A program made the position numbers and the translations under genes. Source: Lophium mytilinum (taxonomy: Eukaryota). From it: DNA of 64,000 bases. Location of the stretch: NCBI GenBank assembly GCA_010093605.1, contig MU004181.1:2852001-2916000 (forward strand), in the 5' to 3' direction. Under the pieces are notes generated by a model. It saw only the letters and a program-made list of their open reading frames with translations, searched no databases and was not told the DNA's origin. This document shows positions 1 through 11,864 of this stretch, one piece after another (the stretch's first letter is position 1; each line of letters begins with the position of its first letter).

Positions 1-442
1 AGACCTGTCTATCTCTATATCACCATAGTTCGTTTGATGATGGAACTTCGCCAGCACGGGAAATAAACGTGGAATTGACGTGAGTTATGACCCTTTCCAC
101 AATATTGTCAATGAGACCACTAAGTACATGATTTCTTTACTATCAATTACATTTGACTAATACGACTCCTCATCCAGAGCTGGTGGAGGCGGAAATACTG
201 TAGAGCGAAAAGCCAAAATCGACGCCAAGAACGAGAGACTCAACGAACAACGCGAGCGTCGCAAGGTCGAGGAAGAACGCCAGAAGAATGAGGGAGATAC
301 CAAGGGATCGCGACCGCTTTCAGGCAAGAAGGCAGAGAAAACGGCAGAGAAGAAGCCACGACCTACACCGGAGAAGAAGCCTGCGAAGGGCGAGGCACAC
401 GTTGGTATCCATCCAAGTCGATTGGGCCGGTTACTATTCTAA
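1..442 (+). CDS. 3' part of an RRM RNA-binding protein, Nop6-like (5' end outside window)
   Basis: Splicing intron 80..177 (GTGAGT..GACTAAT..CAG) gives ...AREINVELT|AGGGGNTVERKAKIDAKNERLNEQR...GIHPSRLGRLLF* (stop 440-442). The xINVELTAGGGG and GIHPSR motifs recall fungal Nop6-like nucleolar proteins. Confidence 0.7.
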
Positions 443-1735
443 GAACTTTCAACAATTTGAATGGCGATATGGCTGTCCAGCTGGTGTATTATACCAACGT
501 GCATTGCGTTTACAGGACTGTCGTCATCATGGGGTTATAGAAAAGTCGACTTGATCTGAAAATATCCGGGGCTCCGGATTGCCTACTTTACTCGGCGGAG
601 TCTATTTGCTTGTGTTCAAGTCCGCGAGACTCACCCTTGGACGTTTGGACTCTAGGTACCGCAAGTCTGTTAGTAGATACCTTCAAAGCGCTACTACAAA
701 GTACGAACGAGTGGACGAAGTCACTTGTACTAACGGATCCTTTTGGCGTCAGTCAAATATCCTCAAACATTCGCCCCATTTCCTAGTCGAGAAAATTGAG
801 CGTTAGAGCACTCCCACTCGGTTATACCAAATTGATCCGTGTCTTTAGGCTAGCTTGAGGATGTTGCTGGCGTCATGGTGTGCCTTCAGTTGATCACTTT
901 GTACAACATGCTAGAGCACGGATGGTAGTGGTTGAATGTCCATCAGTTACTTGATATTATGCAATTACCATTTATTCCAATGGAAAGCCCCTTAAGACGC
1001 AGCCGAATTGCTCTGAGCTGCGTGCAGCTTCTCGAAAATGGTGTAGAAAGGCGTGATGCTCTCTTCTTTAACTACGAAATGGCCTTTCACATCTGCTCAG
1101 CCTTGATACAATCGATTGAAAAGCAACGGATTCATGTTAATGCAACAGCCAACCACCCATTTCGGACTTTCGCTACATCACTACTACCATCCTTGTCCCC
1201 GTTAATTAATCACGGCGACTCCGTCGCAAAACTACTCGAGAAACCTGGCAGCAAATCAGTGCCACATTTATGCCCACGCCGCCAGGGTCCAAGCCGCACA
1301 CAGCAGCTGGGTGGTGGGCGCCATGCCTAAAGGTCGTTGGCGCCATCTCGCCTCCGCTAGAGTCAATCTAAAGCGTAGCATCGCCTGAACCACTCAACAC
1401 CAGGGACCCCTATCACGACCTCGGATACACGGCCCTTCTTTTGGCTTGTGCGCACTTTCCCCTCCACGACCCGCCACAACACCACGGTTGCCTCCCTGTT
1501 ATGGAAGGGCACGCGGTGGCCCCCTTGCAGCGGGCAGTAGGCCGTGGCGCCCTATCAGTGCCGGTAAGTGCGGAGCAGGTGCAGGTGCGCTTGATTTGAG
1601 CCCTGTAAGATGATCGCAACCCGGAGGCGAGCTCTGCACGGCGAATAGGCCGTGCGATCGTCAGGGCGTGCAGCTCGGCGGTGGAAATGCTGCCGTGAGG
1701 GGGAGGGGACTCGAGGCCAGCCCTGAGTCGGATAT

Positions 1736-1840
1736 TATATATAAAGGGATCGTTCTGCGGGATTTAGTAAGGACGTGTAGGCTGTGACCTTGTGGCTTCA
1801 ACTTGACTTTCTTTTCACTCTTTCTTTTTTCTTCTATTCT
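1736..1840 (+). promoter_or_regulatory. TATA box and CT-rich element upstream of the Vps62-like gene
   Basis: TATATATAAA at 1736-1745 and a pyrimidine tract at ~1808-1840, ~30-140 nt before the ATG at 1873. Confidence 0.55.
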
Positions 1841-1872
1841 ATACATTCGCTCTCCTAATACAACTCATCATC

Positions 1873-3083
1873 ATGATATCCAAAATATTGATCACGGCTG
1901 CGCTTTTTGGAGGGGCGGTGATGGGTGCGCCACTTAGGGAGAAAAGGCAGGCAGCAGTGCCTCAGTTCGTTCTAGATTATGGTATTTACTCTTCAGAATA
2001 TCTTCCTTGGCTGTCCAGACGTCCTGATTCTAACCCTGTATAGCTCCTCTAGTCTGGTTACATTCCCAGGAAGCGTACAATCCATCAGACATATCCGCCC
2101 AATTGGCCAACACTCAACCCCAACATGAATTCGTCGCCGTTGCAGGTCCATCGCCACTTACTCTGGACAACCTAAACCAGCTGAACTCTCCCAACACTAC
2201 CTACCTTACGTCTACAGTCGACATCACCACCAACCCATCTTTCTTGAAGGGTGTAAAGCCTGACGGATCGGGGAAGACGAACGGTGCGGTGTCGGCTGCT
2301 ATCATCGTCAATGACCACGGATCTGGAAACGTGGACGCTTTTTACATGTACTTCTACGCTTTCAACTGGGGAGGGATCGTCCTAGGGCAGAACCTAGGCA
2401 ACCACGTCGGCGATTGGTACGTTAGCCCCGACTGCAACAAGCGATCTTGTCTAATCTACTTGTAGGGAACACAACATGATCAGGTTTAAGAATGGCGTAC
2501 CAGATTTGGTATGGTACTCGCAACACGCCAACGGCGAGGCGTTTAAGTACTCCATCCTGGAAAAGCATGGTCTCCGGGTAAGCCGATAGCCTCTCTCCTT
2601 CTTGCGTATTCTCTGCCGTACAGCCGTGCCTTCTTGTCGATGAAAATTATTTCGTGGTTAACATCCACGCAGCCTATTGCATACTGTGGAAATGGCTCCC
2701 ACGCCAATTACGCCATTAAAGGAAAACACGACCATACGATCCCCAATCTCAACCTTCCCGACGGTCTTATAGTTGACAACACAGACCAAGGCACTCTGTG
2801 GGACCCAACTCTCTCAGCATACTACTACGCCTACAACCCGACCGCGTCTTCATTCACGCCATATGATAGCAGCACACCGGTGAACTATCTGAGCTACACC
2901 GGCCGCTGGGGAGACGAACAGTACCCGGATAGCGATAAGCGACAGAAGAAGTTCTTCGGCCAGCCTAAGTACGCCACAGGCCCAACGGGTCCTGCAGATA
3001 AGCAATTGAACCGGACCGATGTGTGTCCTAGTAATGGAAAGGACTGCATTCATCGCGGTATACTTGTTCCGCGCGATCTTTGA
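1873..3083 (+). CDS. Secreted Vps62-like (DUF946-type) protein, 4 exons
   Basis: Signal peptide MISKILITAALFGGAVMGAP and a KR site; introns ~1982..2043, ~2417..2465, ~2578..2672; motifs YAPLVWLHSQE, FYMYFYAFNWG, GNHVGDWEHNMIRF, GSHANY, GRWGD, TGPTGP. Confidence 0.85.
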
Positions 3084-3951
3084 TGCGAGTTCGTCGCGTT
3101 CGTGCTTCTGCATTTTGGGTGGCGTTCTGGTATACCTATATCCTTTCAGGACACGAACTTGCATATTGCATTTCTGGCTGGCAGTATGCAGAAGTTTGAG
3201 TTAAGCTGTGTATTAGACGCCAATGTAACTCTAATTAATCACTACTTTAGAAGTTTAGTCCGTCCACCACGAAAGGTGTACAAAGTGACAGAGAAATTGC
3301 ATAGGCCTGTTCAACATGATTGCAGTGAAAGAACTAGGGAGATGGAATATGGTTTTTCGCGTCATACATTTTGCACATGACTGGGCAAGGCACGTGACGA
3401 TGGCAGGGGATCTGAGGACCAGGATGGCAGCAGGCCTCCATAAGTAGGACAAGAAGAGCGGAGGAGCAATAGCCTCATGCTGGTGACGCAGCAAATGGAT
3501 CAGTCGAGTATGCTTTCTTTTGTACTTTTCTTGTACCATCGGCATAGGCACAGCAATTTCCGTGAAACGTCTGTCAGAGTAGAGCATCCCCTCTCTTTCA
3601 AAGAGGGACTGAGTAAGAGTTTACACTAAAGTGGGCCTTCTGCGTAATTATCACGGGAACATCGTTTTTCCATAGCTGTTATACAACCTTAAGCTTCGTC
3701 GCTACCTCGAGCTTCGCCTAGTGCCCAGCCTTCTGCCTTGGAGGTCCCGGCTAGCCGCTAGGCATCTACAGCACCTCACGAAAACACATGACAGCGCGGT
3801 TTCACCGCCTCTGCTGGCGTCCGACTTTAAATACTCACTGCGCGTCTGCTTCTTTCTCTCATCATATCACTCTCTTCGTTTCCGTCTTCTCTCACCCTAC
3901 ACGCCTCCAATCATTCGAAAATACGTGGTACCTACCATTGGGGAGCACATC

Positions 3952-6900
3952 ATGGCTCCTTCTTCTACGACGGTGACGGCACTCCCAGAGGTGCCCGCTA
4001 AACACGACGGCTTCATTCCATTCGTGGCTAGCCACCCAGAGAAGTCCATCATCGAATTGCTCGAGCCGTACAAACAATATGACGCCAAACTCCGAGAGAT
4101 TTACGCTCAGGAGCCACAGCATCCGGCGCTGGCCGATCCTTTCGTCAACGTTGTTCCTCTATTCAATGGTCATGAAGCTGATCTCAAAGTCCGTGCTCGT
4201 GACTTGAGCTCCGAATCTGCCGAGGAGAAAGACAGGTATATCATGTCTCTCGATGGTGATGATCGCAAGCAGAGTGGTGCTCCAGCTGTTGTACCAAACC
4301 TCAAGACCTTTCAGCAAAATCTCGCTGTCTTTTCCGAGTCGTCTCTCGTTGATCTTGACTGGAATAACGTTGTGGCCGCTGGCAGTTCCGTGGTTACCTC
4401 TCTTTTGCCCGTTCCAGAGAAGTATCAGTCTTCCAAGAGGGCTCTCCGACAGTATTATCATGAGATAGTAGCCCCTGCGTCTGATGTTGATTTGTTCCTC
4501 TACGGCCTGAGCGAGGAGGATGCAATCAAAAAGATCACCCAGATCGAAACCAAGATCAGGGATTCCATTCTGACTGAAACGACTACGATTCGTACCAAAA
4601 ATGCCATCACAATTGCCAGCCAATACCCCACACGCCACGTCCAGATAGTTCTCCGCATCTACAAATCCGTCTCGGAGATTCTGACTGGGTTTGATGTCGA
4701 CTGCTCTTGTGCGGCCTATGATGGCAAACAAGTCTACGCGTCTCCCCGTGCAATTGGAGCGTATATGACTCAATGCAACACCATCGATCTATCCCGACGA
4801 TCTCCTTCCTGTAAGACTTCTGATGTCCATTACCTCTACATAGGCTAATATAAAAAGACGAATCGAGGCTCTCGAAATATTCTCATAGAGGATTCGAAGT
4901 CTACTGGCCTCTGCTAGACCGCTCCAGGATCGATCCGACTATCTTCGAGCGATCCTTTGGTCGTACTGTTGGACTTGCTAGACTGCTTGTCTTGGAGAAA
5001 CTGCCAACGTCCTCTGAACGTGATTCTTACATGGCTCAACGTCGCAAGGAACGAGGACGACCTGCCCTCAATACAAACAATCGATACAGCCATAGAACGT
5101 GGGGAAACCTCAAAGACGATCACGAAGATGAGATCGCTGAATGGGTTGAGCAGGACGACGTCAGCGACTACCATACCTTTGTAAGTTGTCTTCTACAATC
5201 CCTCGGCACAAGTTCGTGTACACTATCTTGCCACTGTCTGTGGTGCCTCGACCTATTCTCAGGGGGCCGAAGGCGCTGGCACTGCAACGTTCTGAACAAG
5301 CTCTGAAGAGTTTGGGCCACCTCAGACGATGCCTTCTCCGTCTCGGTAGTTTGCTACCCGCGAATTTCTGAAATCTATTGAGGCACCACGGACAGTCGCA
5401 GACAGGTGTACCCAGCTATGACGAGACACCATGTGTATCCCTTGCTCTTAGTGGAGATAACTAACCTCGACAGACTGTACCATATGGTGTCAGATTTCAT
5501 GCGAAGAAGATAGAGAAGTTGCTCTATACCAAAGATCTTCTTCTCAACGCGGAATGGAACAAGCCTAAAGACCGAGAAGTCAACCTGCATCGACATCCTG
5601 CTTTCTTCGGTTTTGCGGAAGACATCATTCACGATTGTTGCGGCTTTTGTCCAGCACCCTTCACACCAGAGGAGCACGATGTGGCGGAGACAGAGGGCAA
5701 AATCTACGTTTCCGGGGGCATTTCTTTCATCAAAGATGATGCAGGAAGGCAAGCAATTGGTAGCTTCAATCCAATCACGGACGACGATTGGACCGATATG
5801 GCGTAAGTTGTCTTGAATGCATTGATATTACAGAAGTTAACGCTTTGCAGATACGTCGGAAACACTGCACGATTGTGCCAGGCTATCGTTGACGGCGATC
5901 TCGAACACGTTCAGGACTGGCTTACCCAAGAAGGATCTGATCCCAATTGCCGCGATTATACCGGACGAACTCCGCTGCACTTAGCGGTCCAGAGCTCGAC
6001 ACCGGATATTGTTCAAGCACTCATTGATCGAAATGCCCGCTTAGTCGCTAGACTGGCGGATGGTCGCACCGCCCTTCACCTTGCAGCCGCCCGGGGCAAT
6101 GTAAAGATGGTTAATCTGATTTTGAAGCGCAGCGAGGCAAATGAAGAAGAGGAAATGAGCAAGGAGGATCTGCGCAAGGAAGCTAGAACCGCTGCCAGCA
6201 AAGAGGTCAAATCTGATGATAAGAGTGAAGTAGGAGACGAAGACGAACAAGAAGAAGAGAGTGATGGGGAACTGATCGAAGATGAAGAATCTGATGACGA
6301 TTTCAAATCTACCACCACTGGATCCTTCCTCCAAGTCAAGGACAAAACATCCGAGAAAGAAATTGACGACGAGGCGGACGAGGAGCCCGATTTCTACGAC
6401 GTAAACGTACTGGCCTGGGATACTGGATGCTCCCCGCTTCATCTCGCTATCGTCAACGGTCATGTTGACGTGGTTAGAGAGCTTGTTCAGTCGTATGGTG
6501 CTGATGTGCTTCTGCCAATCAAGCTTCTCAACGATTACGACAAGTCCCCTCGCGCAGCAATCCTCACTTTGGCTCTGTGTCTCCAGCTTCCCCCGGAAAA
6601 AGCTAAGACGATGACTTCAACGCTCTTGGAGCTTGGCGCTTCTTCAGCTCAGGCTGATATCAATCAGACTACCGCTCTCCACTATTTTGCAGGCGTGAAC
6701 CCAGAGCTGTTGTCCATCCTCTTCGAGCATGACGAGCCCGTAGCAAGACGCGCCATCAACCACCTCTCAGTCACCGGCTCCTCATGGCATCCTTCTTCGC
6801 AGAGCCCATTAATGACCGCCATCGAGAGTCGAAATTCTATTGGGGTTATGAAGCTGCTAAACGCTGGTGCCAAAGCGACGATAGAGTTCTCGGATTGGAT

Positions 6901-9828
6901 GAAGTCAATCACCGTGAAGTACGACGAGTTTGCTTCACGGGATTCGAAACAGAACCAGACCGCCTTCGCCAAGGATCTGGAACAGCCAATTATCTTGGCT
7001 GTACAGAACGAACTTCCCTCAGTGGCGATAGAGCTTCTGAATCGTGGCGCTGATCCCAACACTTTGACCAGGGATACGAAGCTAGGCGTCACAGACCATT
7101 GGTTGAGGGGTTATCGCAAAATGGAGAGCCTCCTGGATCTTGTGCAGGCGAAATTGAAAACTATGAAGGACTTCACCGCTCTCACTGATCTAAAACAGCC
7201 CGAGCTACGAGTTCTGGACGGCGAGGACTACTTGAAGGAGCTGAGCGAAGGCACCTACAAGCATTTTGCTGGCACAATAGCCCTTAATCAGGCGAAGAAG
7301 ACGGACCAGGCGGCTCAAAAGCAATACGAGCTAAATCTGGAAGACGCCAAGAATAAGGAAGGCATCGCGGAGAAGAAAAAGGCTGTGGAAGGCTTGCTTC
7401 TTGAATTTGAAGAACTTGAGGCTCTTCTACTTCAGAAAGATTCGAAAAAACTGGTGGATCTTCATCCAGATCTTTCTCACTCTGCTCGGGGAACAGATCG
7501 GCACACCAGATCGGTGGATCCCCCTAAACCCAATCCCTTCAAGCTGGAATTTGGCTTCAAGAAAGTGCATGACCTCGATGATGAGAAGCGCGATGCATAT
7601 CTGGAACTGTAACTACTTTCGAGGCTTGTCATTGTTTGAGCATAGCTAACTACTCTACAGGTTTCAAGCAGCCTGGGCTGGAAATATCGAAACGATCAAA
7701 AAGCTCACTCTCGCTCCTTGGGGGGCTGATTCCGATCGCACTCCTCTCAAGATAGCCGTTACAGATGATGAGGGCTTTTCTCCCTTCAGCATTGCTGTTC
7801 TTCGCCGCCATTTCGCCGTTGCAAAGGCTGTTCTGGAGATAGCGAAAGCGCAATACAAACCGACCGAGGCCAAAGGCACAGAGAGATACAACCTAGCGGA
7901 GAGTGAAGAAGATTATAGCGATGAGGATGAGGATGACAGCCATGACGATATTCGAATCGACAAGCAGATCATCGACACGCAGTTCACCATCGAAAATATC
8001 GGCGAGATTTCTACCCAAGTCAAAAGTACCACTCAGCCTGCGGAAATGATTTCATGGCCATGTGCCGTTTGGAGATACTTTGAGGCGCTTCCCGATGGCC
8101 ATGTTTACTACTACGGATCTTCCACTCGTAAGGCCGACCTGAGCAAGGTGGATAGTCTTACGCAATTCGCCATATTGTCAAACGACCACGAACTATTCAA
8201 ATTTCTTCTTGCACTCCCGGAGTACAAGATCGCCTCGATGTTGGAAGAAGTGTCTCGTATTCCGAAGTTTTCGAGATCCGACTTTGAATACGCAATCAGC
8301 CTGGGCCGTTTCGATTTGCTCGGTCAAATGATCAAACATGCTGGTGCTGGCCTCGCGCTGGATGCCTTGGTTAAGAAAAGCGGTGTCAAGATTGAAGAGC
8401 GTCCCCGTTACTACCAAGGCTTGAGTATTCATGGCACTAAGCGCAGCGACTGGGCTGCTGCTGGAAGACGCTCTCAGATGCGCACAACGGTCAGCGAAAG
8501 CTGGCCGCCTGCACTTTCTGCAGCAGCGAACGGAAACATTGAGAGCGTCGAATGGTTTCTTGGAGACACCCCGGCGAGATATTATTCAGAATTCGCCGAA
8601 ACCAACAAAGCGGATAAACGTCTGCAACAGCTTGCTCAGGCAAATGGCGGGTTTGACAAGGTGCTTTCAACCTGGCTGGGCGCTCGACGTGAGTACATCC
8701 TTAGCAAATTGCCCCTGTAACCACATTTTAAGGAAGTCGAAGCGGAGCTAACATCATGGTATAGGCGACCTGATTATCCACATGGCGGTACTTTCGAAGC
8801 CATCTCCGGATTCGGCTCGTCTCCTGGAATATCTCATCAAGGCCGTACCCGACTCTCTCCACACTAAATCAACGAAAGGCCATACTCCTCTCGCTCTCGC
8901 CTTTTCCCTTCGCCGAGTCGCTGCAGCACGCACGCTCATTGCCGCAGGTGCGGATCAGACGAGCCGTGATCACTCCGGTAACAACATTCTTCACATCCTG
9001 TTCAATGGCATCAAATCCCAGGCCAAAACAAATCTGGATAGTCTCCAAAAGATGTTGGAACTGATCGACCCTCGATTGGTATCTTCGCTTCTCACAGAGC
9101 GCTCGCAAGACGGGCCTGGCGCGGCTACTCCTCTCGCACTTTGGCTCCATTTAGGCAATCGAGGTGAAGTCCACCATTTTGGATGGCATGGACATCGCCC
9201 AGGGGCTGAGAACAAGAATAACGAGACGGTTGAGAAAGTTGCAATGCTTCGCGCTATCCTCGACTTCTCCAGCAAGACCGGCTACGAGAATCTTGAACTC
9301 CTCGACGGGGCTGGAGACACTCCCGTCCATATGGCCACTAGGCTCCAGCTTCACGACTGCTTGAAGCTGATGCTTGAGCGGAGGCCTGATCTGCTCTACC
9401 GCGAGAATGCGACCGGCCGTACACCAGCCGAAATGGCGGAAGACGCCTACATCGCTGAACGAGTCAAAAACGTGCCGCAGTTCGAAAAGGTCAACACTAG
9501 CATTGTCGACCGACCGCAAGAGAGCTTTGTCGAAGGTGCCGAAAATGAAGCGAAGAAACCCACTGAGCGCGAGAAGATCTGGACGCTTTTCAGGACTATC
9601 TTGGCGGAGAAGCCGGCTAAGAGACGCTTGGTCAGTTTGTTCGAGGCTAATGAGGTCGCGAAGAGGCTGGCACTGAGGAAGAAGAAGGCGGCTAGGGACG
9701 GAACTGGTCGCCCAACTGTGGACGCTAATGGCCAGGAGCAGGAAGGGCAGGAGGCGACCGAGGATGAGGTGTCTAAGTTCTATAGCACTGCTGCGGGATG
9801 GGACGAAGAGGATGCTAAGGACGAGTAG
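3952..9828 (+). CDS. Large protein (~1,786 aa): N-terminal nucleotidyltransferase-like domain followed by several ankyrin-repeat clusters and acidic linkers
   Basis: Five GT-AG introns (4811..4857, 5181..5473, 5803..5850, 7609..7660, 8689..8764) join into a 5361-nt open frame. NTase-like motifs VVAAGSSV...SDVDLFLYG...GFDVD...YESRLSKY; ANK motifs GRTPLHLA, GRTALHLA, GCSPLHLA, GHTPLALA, GDTPVHMA, GRTPAEMA. Confidence 0.88.
5216..5412 (+). other. Extended intronic RNA hairpin/rod inside intron 2 of the NTase-ANK gene
   Basis: ACTGTCTGTGGTGCCTC (5233-5249) pairs with GAGGCACCACGGACAGT (5380-5396): 17 bp with one G-U. Further nested stems GAAGGCG/TGCCTTC, TCTGA/TCAGA, CAAGCTC/GAGTTTG, GGTAG/CTACC, and outer GTACAC/GTGTAC. 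Confidence 0.75.
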
Positions 9829-10460
9829 TACTGAGGTGTGGGAGATGATGAAATTGTATGAAAGCACGTGGGATTGCTCCGGCCTCGACGATTGGCTCGA
9901 TGAGCAGGGCGCTGGAAATGCTCTACGAGAGATAGGACGAAGGATGATGAAAATGGTAGGGGTCTATTGTACTTAGCTATCCAAGTATGATGTAAACAAC
10001 ATCGTTCCCTTAGCTCATTATTGACTTGAATGGCTTGTTGTGGATTCGTGTACACTTCTTTATCACCGGCTGTGGTCCTTTGCGGTATTTTCATGGTCCC
10101 CAACTAGGTTGGCGTTCCGCGGTTTAGAGAATTGGTAAACTCGTGAGGCCACCCCAGACGGCGTCAGAGGGTTGTACACAGATTTGCTATGTGATGCTTA
10201 GCCCTGATTTCTATCACAGCACTCCGTGATAAGGCATTTACTCACTGCCTTGTCTGGCATCTAAGATAGTGTTCGTCAAGCGGTTCGAACGTTTGAGATT
10301 CGGGGTTTGAAGTCATACGATGCAACAAACGAGCCTCAAAAAGGCATGATTTGGGTTTAATAAAAACAATGTACCTGTTACTACCGAAAGCATTGACTTC
10401 GAGGGGTATTAGACATAAAGGAGAGTATTGGCTTTTGCCAAAGAAACGATTGACGAAGGT

Positions 10461-11450
10461 TTACATGGTCGGAATGGTATGCTTAGAATCACCCTCCTGC
10501 TGAGCAAATGATTGCTTGAATGCCGCCAATCCTATCATGAAGATGTCAGTTCTCATTCTCAAAGTCAGAAGGAGGCGTATACATACCAGCAAGAATGCCG
10601 CAAACCATGAAGAGGAAAGAAATGATAGACCAGATAACACCCCAGCATTGCGAAGAGCCTCCGTATCGCTTCGCGAACACGCTCGCATCAGAGCTGTTTA
10701 CTTTTCGGAGAATGAGGTCGTCGCAAATATCCCATACGCTGTACAAGGATGACATAACGCCAATAAAGAGCTACAAGATATCATATTAGCTATCATCTCT
10801 AGCACGTAGGAGGAGGATACATACCACAACGAACCTGAGCGGCTCAGCATGCTTGATAAACCAACAACCCACCAACAAACCCACCGCCGCCAAAATCGTA
10901 CCAATAGTGAGCCAATCCTTCCGCGCCCACCAAAGGATAAGCAAAAAGCAGACACCCAAAACAATACTCGCGATCTTGCTCGCCACGATATCGAAACCGC
11001 AGAAAATGAGCAGCGCGCCGATGAATGAAGATCCAAGATAGCCGGCTGGCAGCGTCACGGCGCTGATGCCACCGCGCATGTGGGTCACGCCGCCCTCGTG
11101 CGGGTCGAGCGAGATGGATTCTACCCTCCCGCCGGTGCAACAGGCGGTGATTGCATGGCCGAATTCATGGAAGGCGATGACGAGCATCTGATGCGAGGTT
11201 TAGACTAGAAATAGGGAAAGAATAGAGGAAACCAGAGCAATCTTACCTTGAAAGGCCATAAGACCCATCGAATATAGGGAATGTTCCATAGAAGAGCAAT
11301 TACAACGACGTAGACGGCTATTATTCCGAGCGTCACGCCTTGGGTGTGGTTAACGCTGAGGCCACGACGGGCAAGACTAGGGCTGGCGAAGATGACTGCG
11401 CGGCTAGCGAGGGCGGCCGCGTTCATCATTTTGAGGTCGTGGGGAGCCAT
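10461..11450 (-). CDS. Peptidase M50B-like membrane metalloprotease, 4 exons
   Basis: Spliced product has FHEFGHA (HExxH), LPAGYLGS, LYSVWDI.DD and SDAS motifs plus several hydrophobic TM segments; introns ~11189..11246, ~10772..10824, ~10532..10586. Confidence 0.85.
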
Positions 11451-11864
11451 GGTGGAGTTATTGAATGTGTTTACTGAAGATGCAGGTGTCGCATCGATGG
11501 AAGATGTTGGGTAGTTGATGTTCTTGGACCTGAAACCGCGTGGAACGCGTGGAGGAGGAGCTGACGTGGGTGTGGAATGCTTGCGTGGCGCAGCTGGAGC
11601 CCCTCTATTTTTAGTAGCACCTATCTCACGTGTTTTGATAAAGCAAAATTCTCGACGTCGTTGCGCATTTGAATTTTGTATCACACTCTTTGGTGGTATT
11701 GTCATAGCTACATCTGTGCCTTCGAGTTCCTAGACAAAACCTCCATAAAGTCCCTCCGTTGCAATTCAAAGAGCAACATCCCAACTAGGAAATCGCTAGT
11801 TCGCTGAATGCTCAAACCACTCCTTGAAGTCAAATCTCGCTCCGTAAAGGAAGAGAAACCTGCA

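Noticed and set aside
1558..1572. ACTTACC on the minus strand resembling the U1 snRNA 5' end
   Set aside because: The following sequence lacks U1 loop I/II and Sm-site motifs.
1347..1631. Resemblance to the telomerase RNA CR4/5 three-way junction (P5/P6/P6.1) on the minus strand
   Set aside because: No TAACCCTAA-type template nearby on the required strand, too little upstream room before the Vps62-like gene, and G-U pairs favour the + strand.
5181..5473. TPP riboswitch as the explanation for the structured intron
   Set aside because: The TPP core motifs (UGAGA; CUGAU...AAU.C..GCG..GG) are absent and the gene is unrelated to thiamine.
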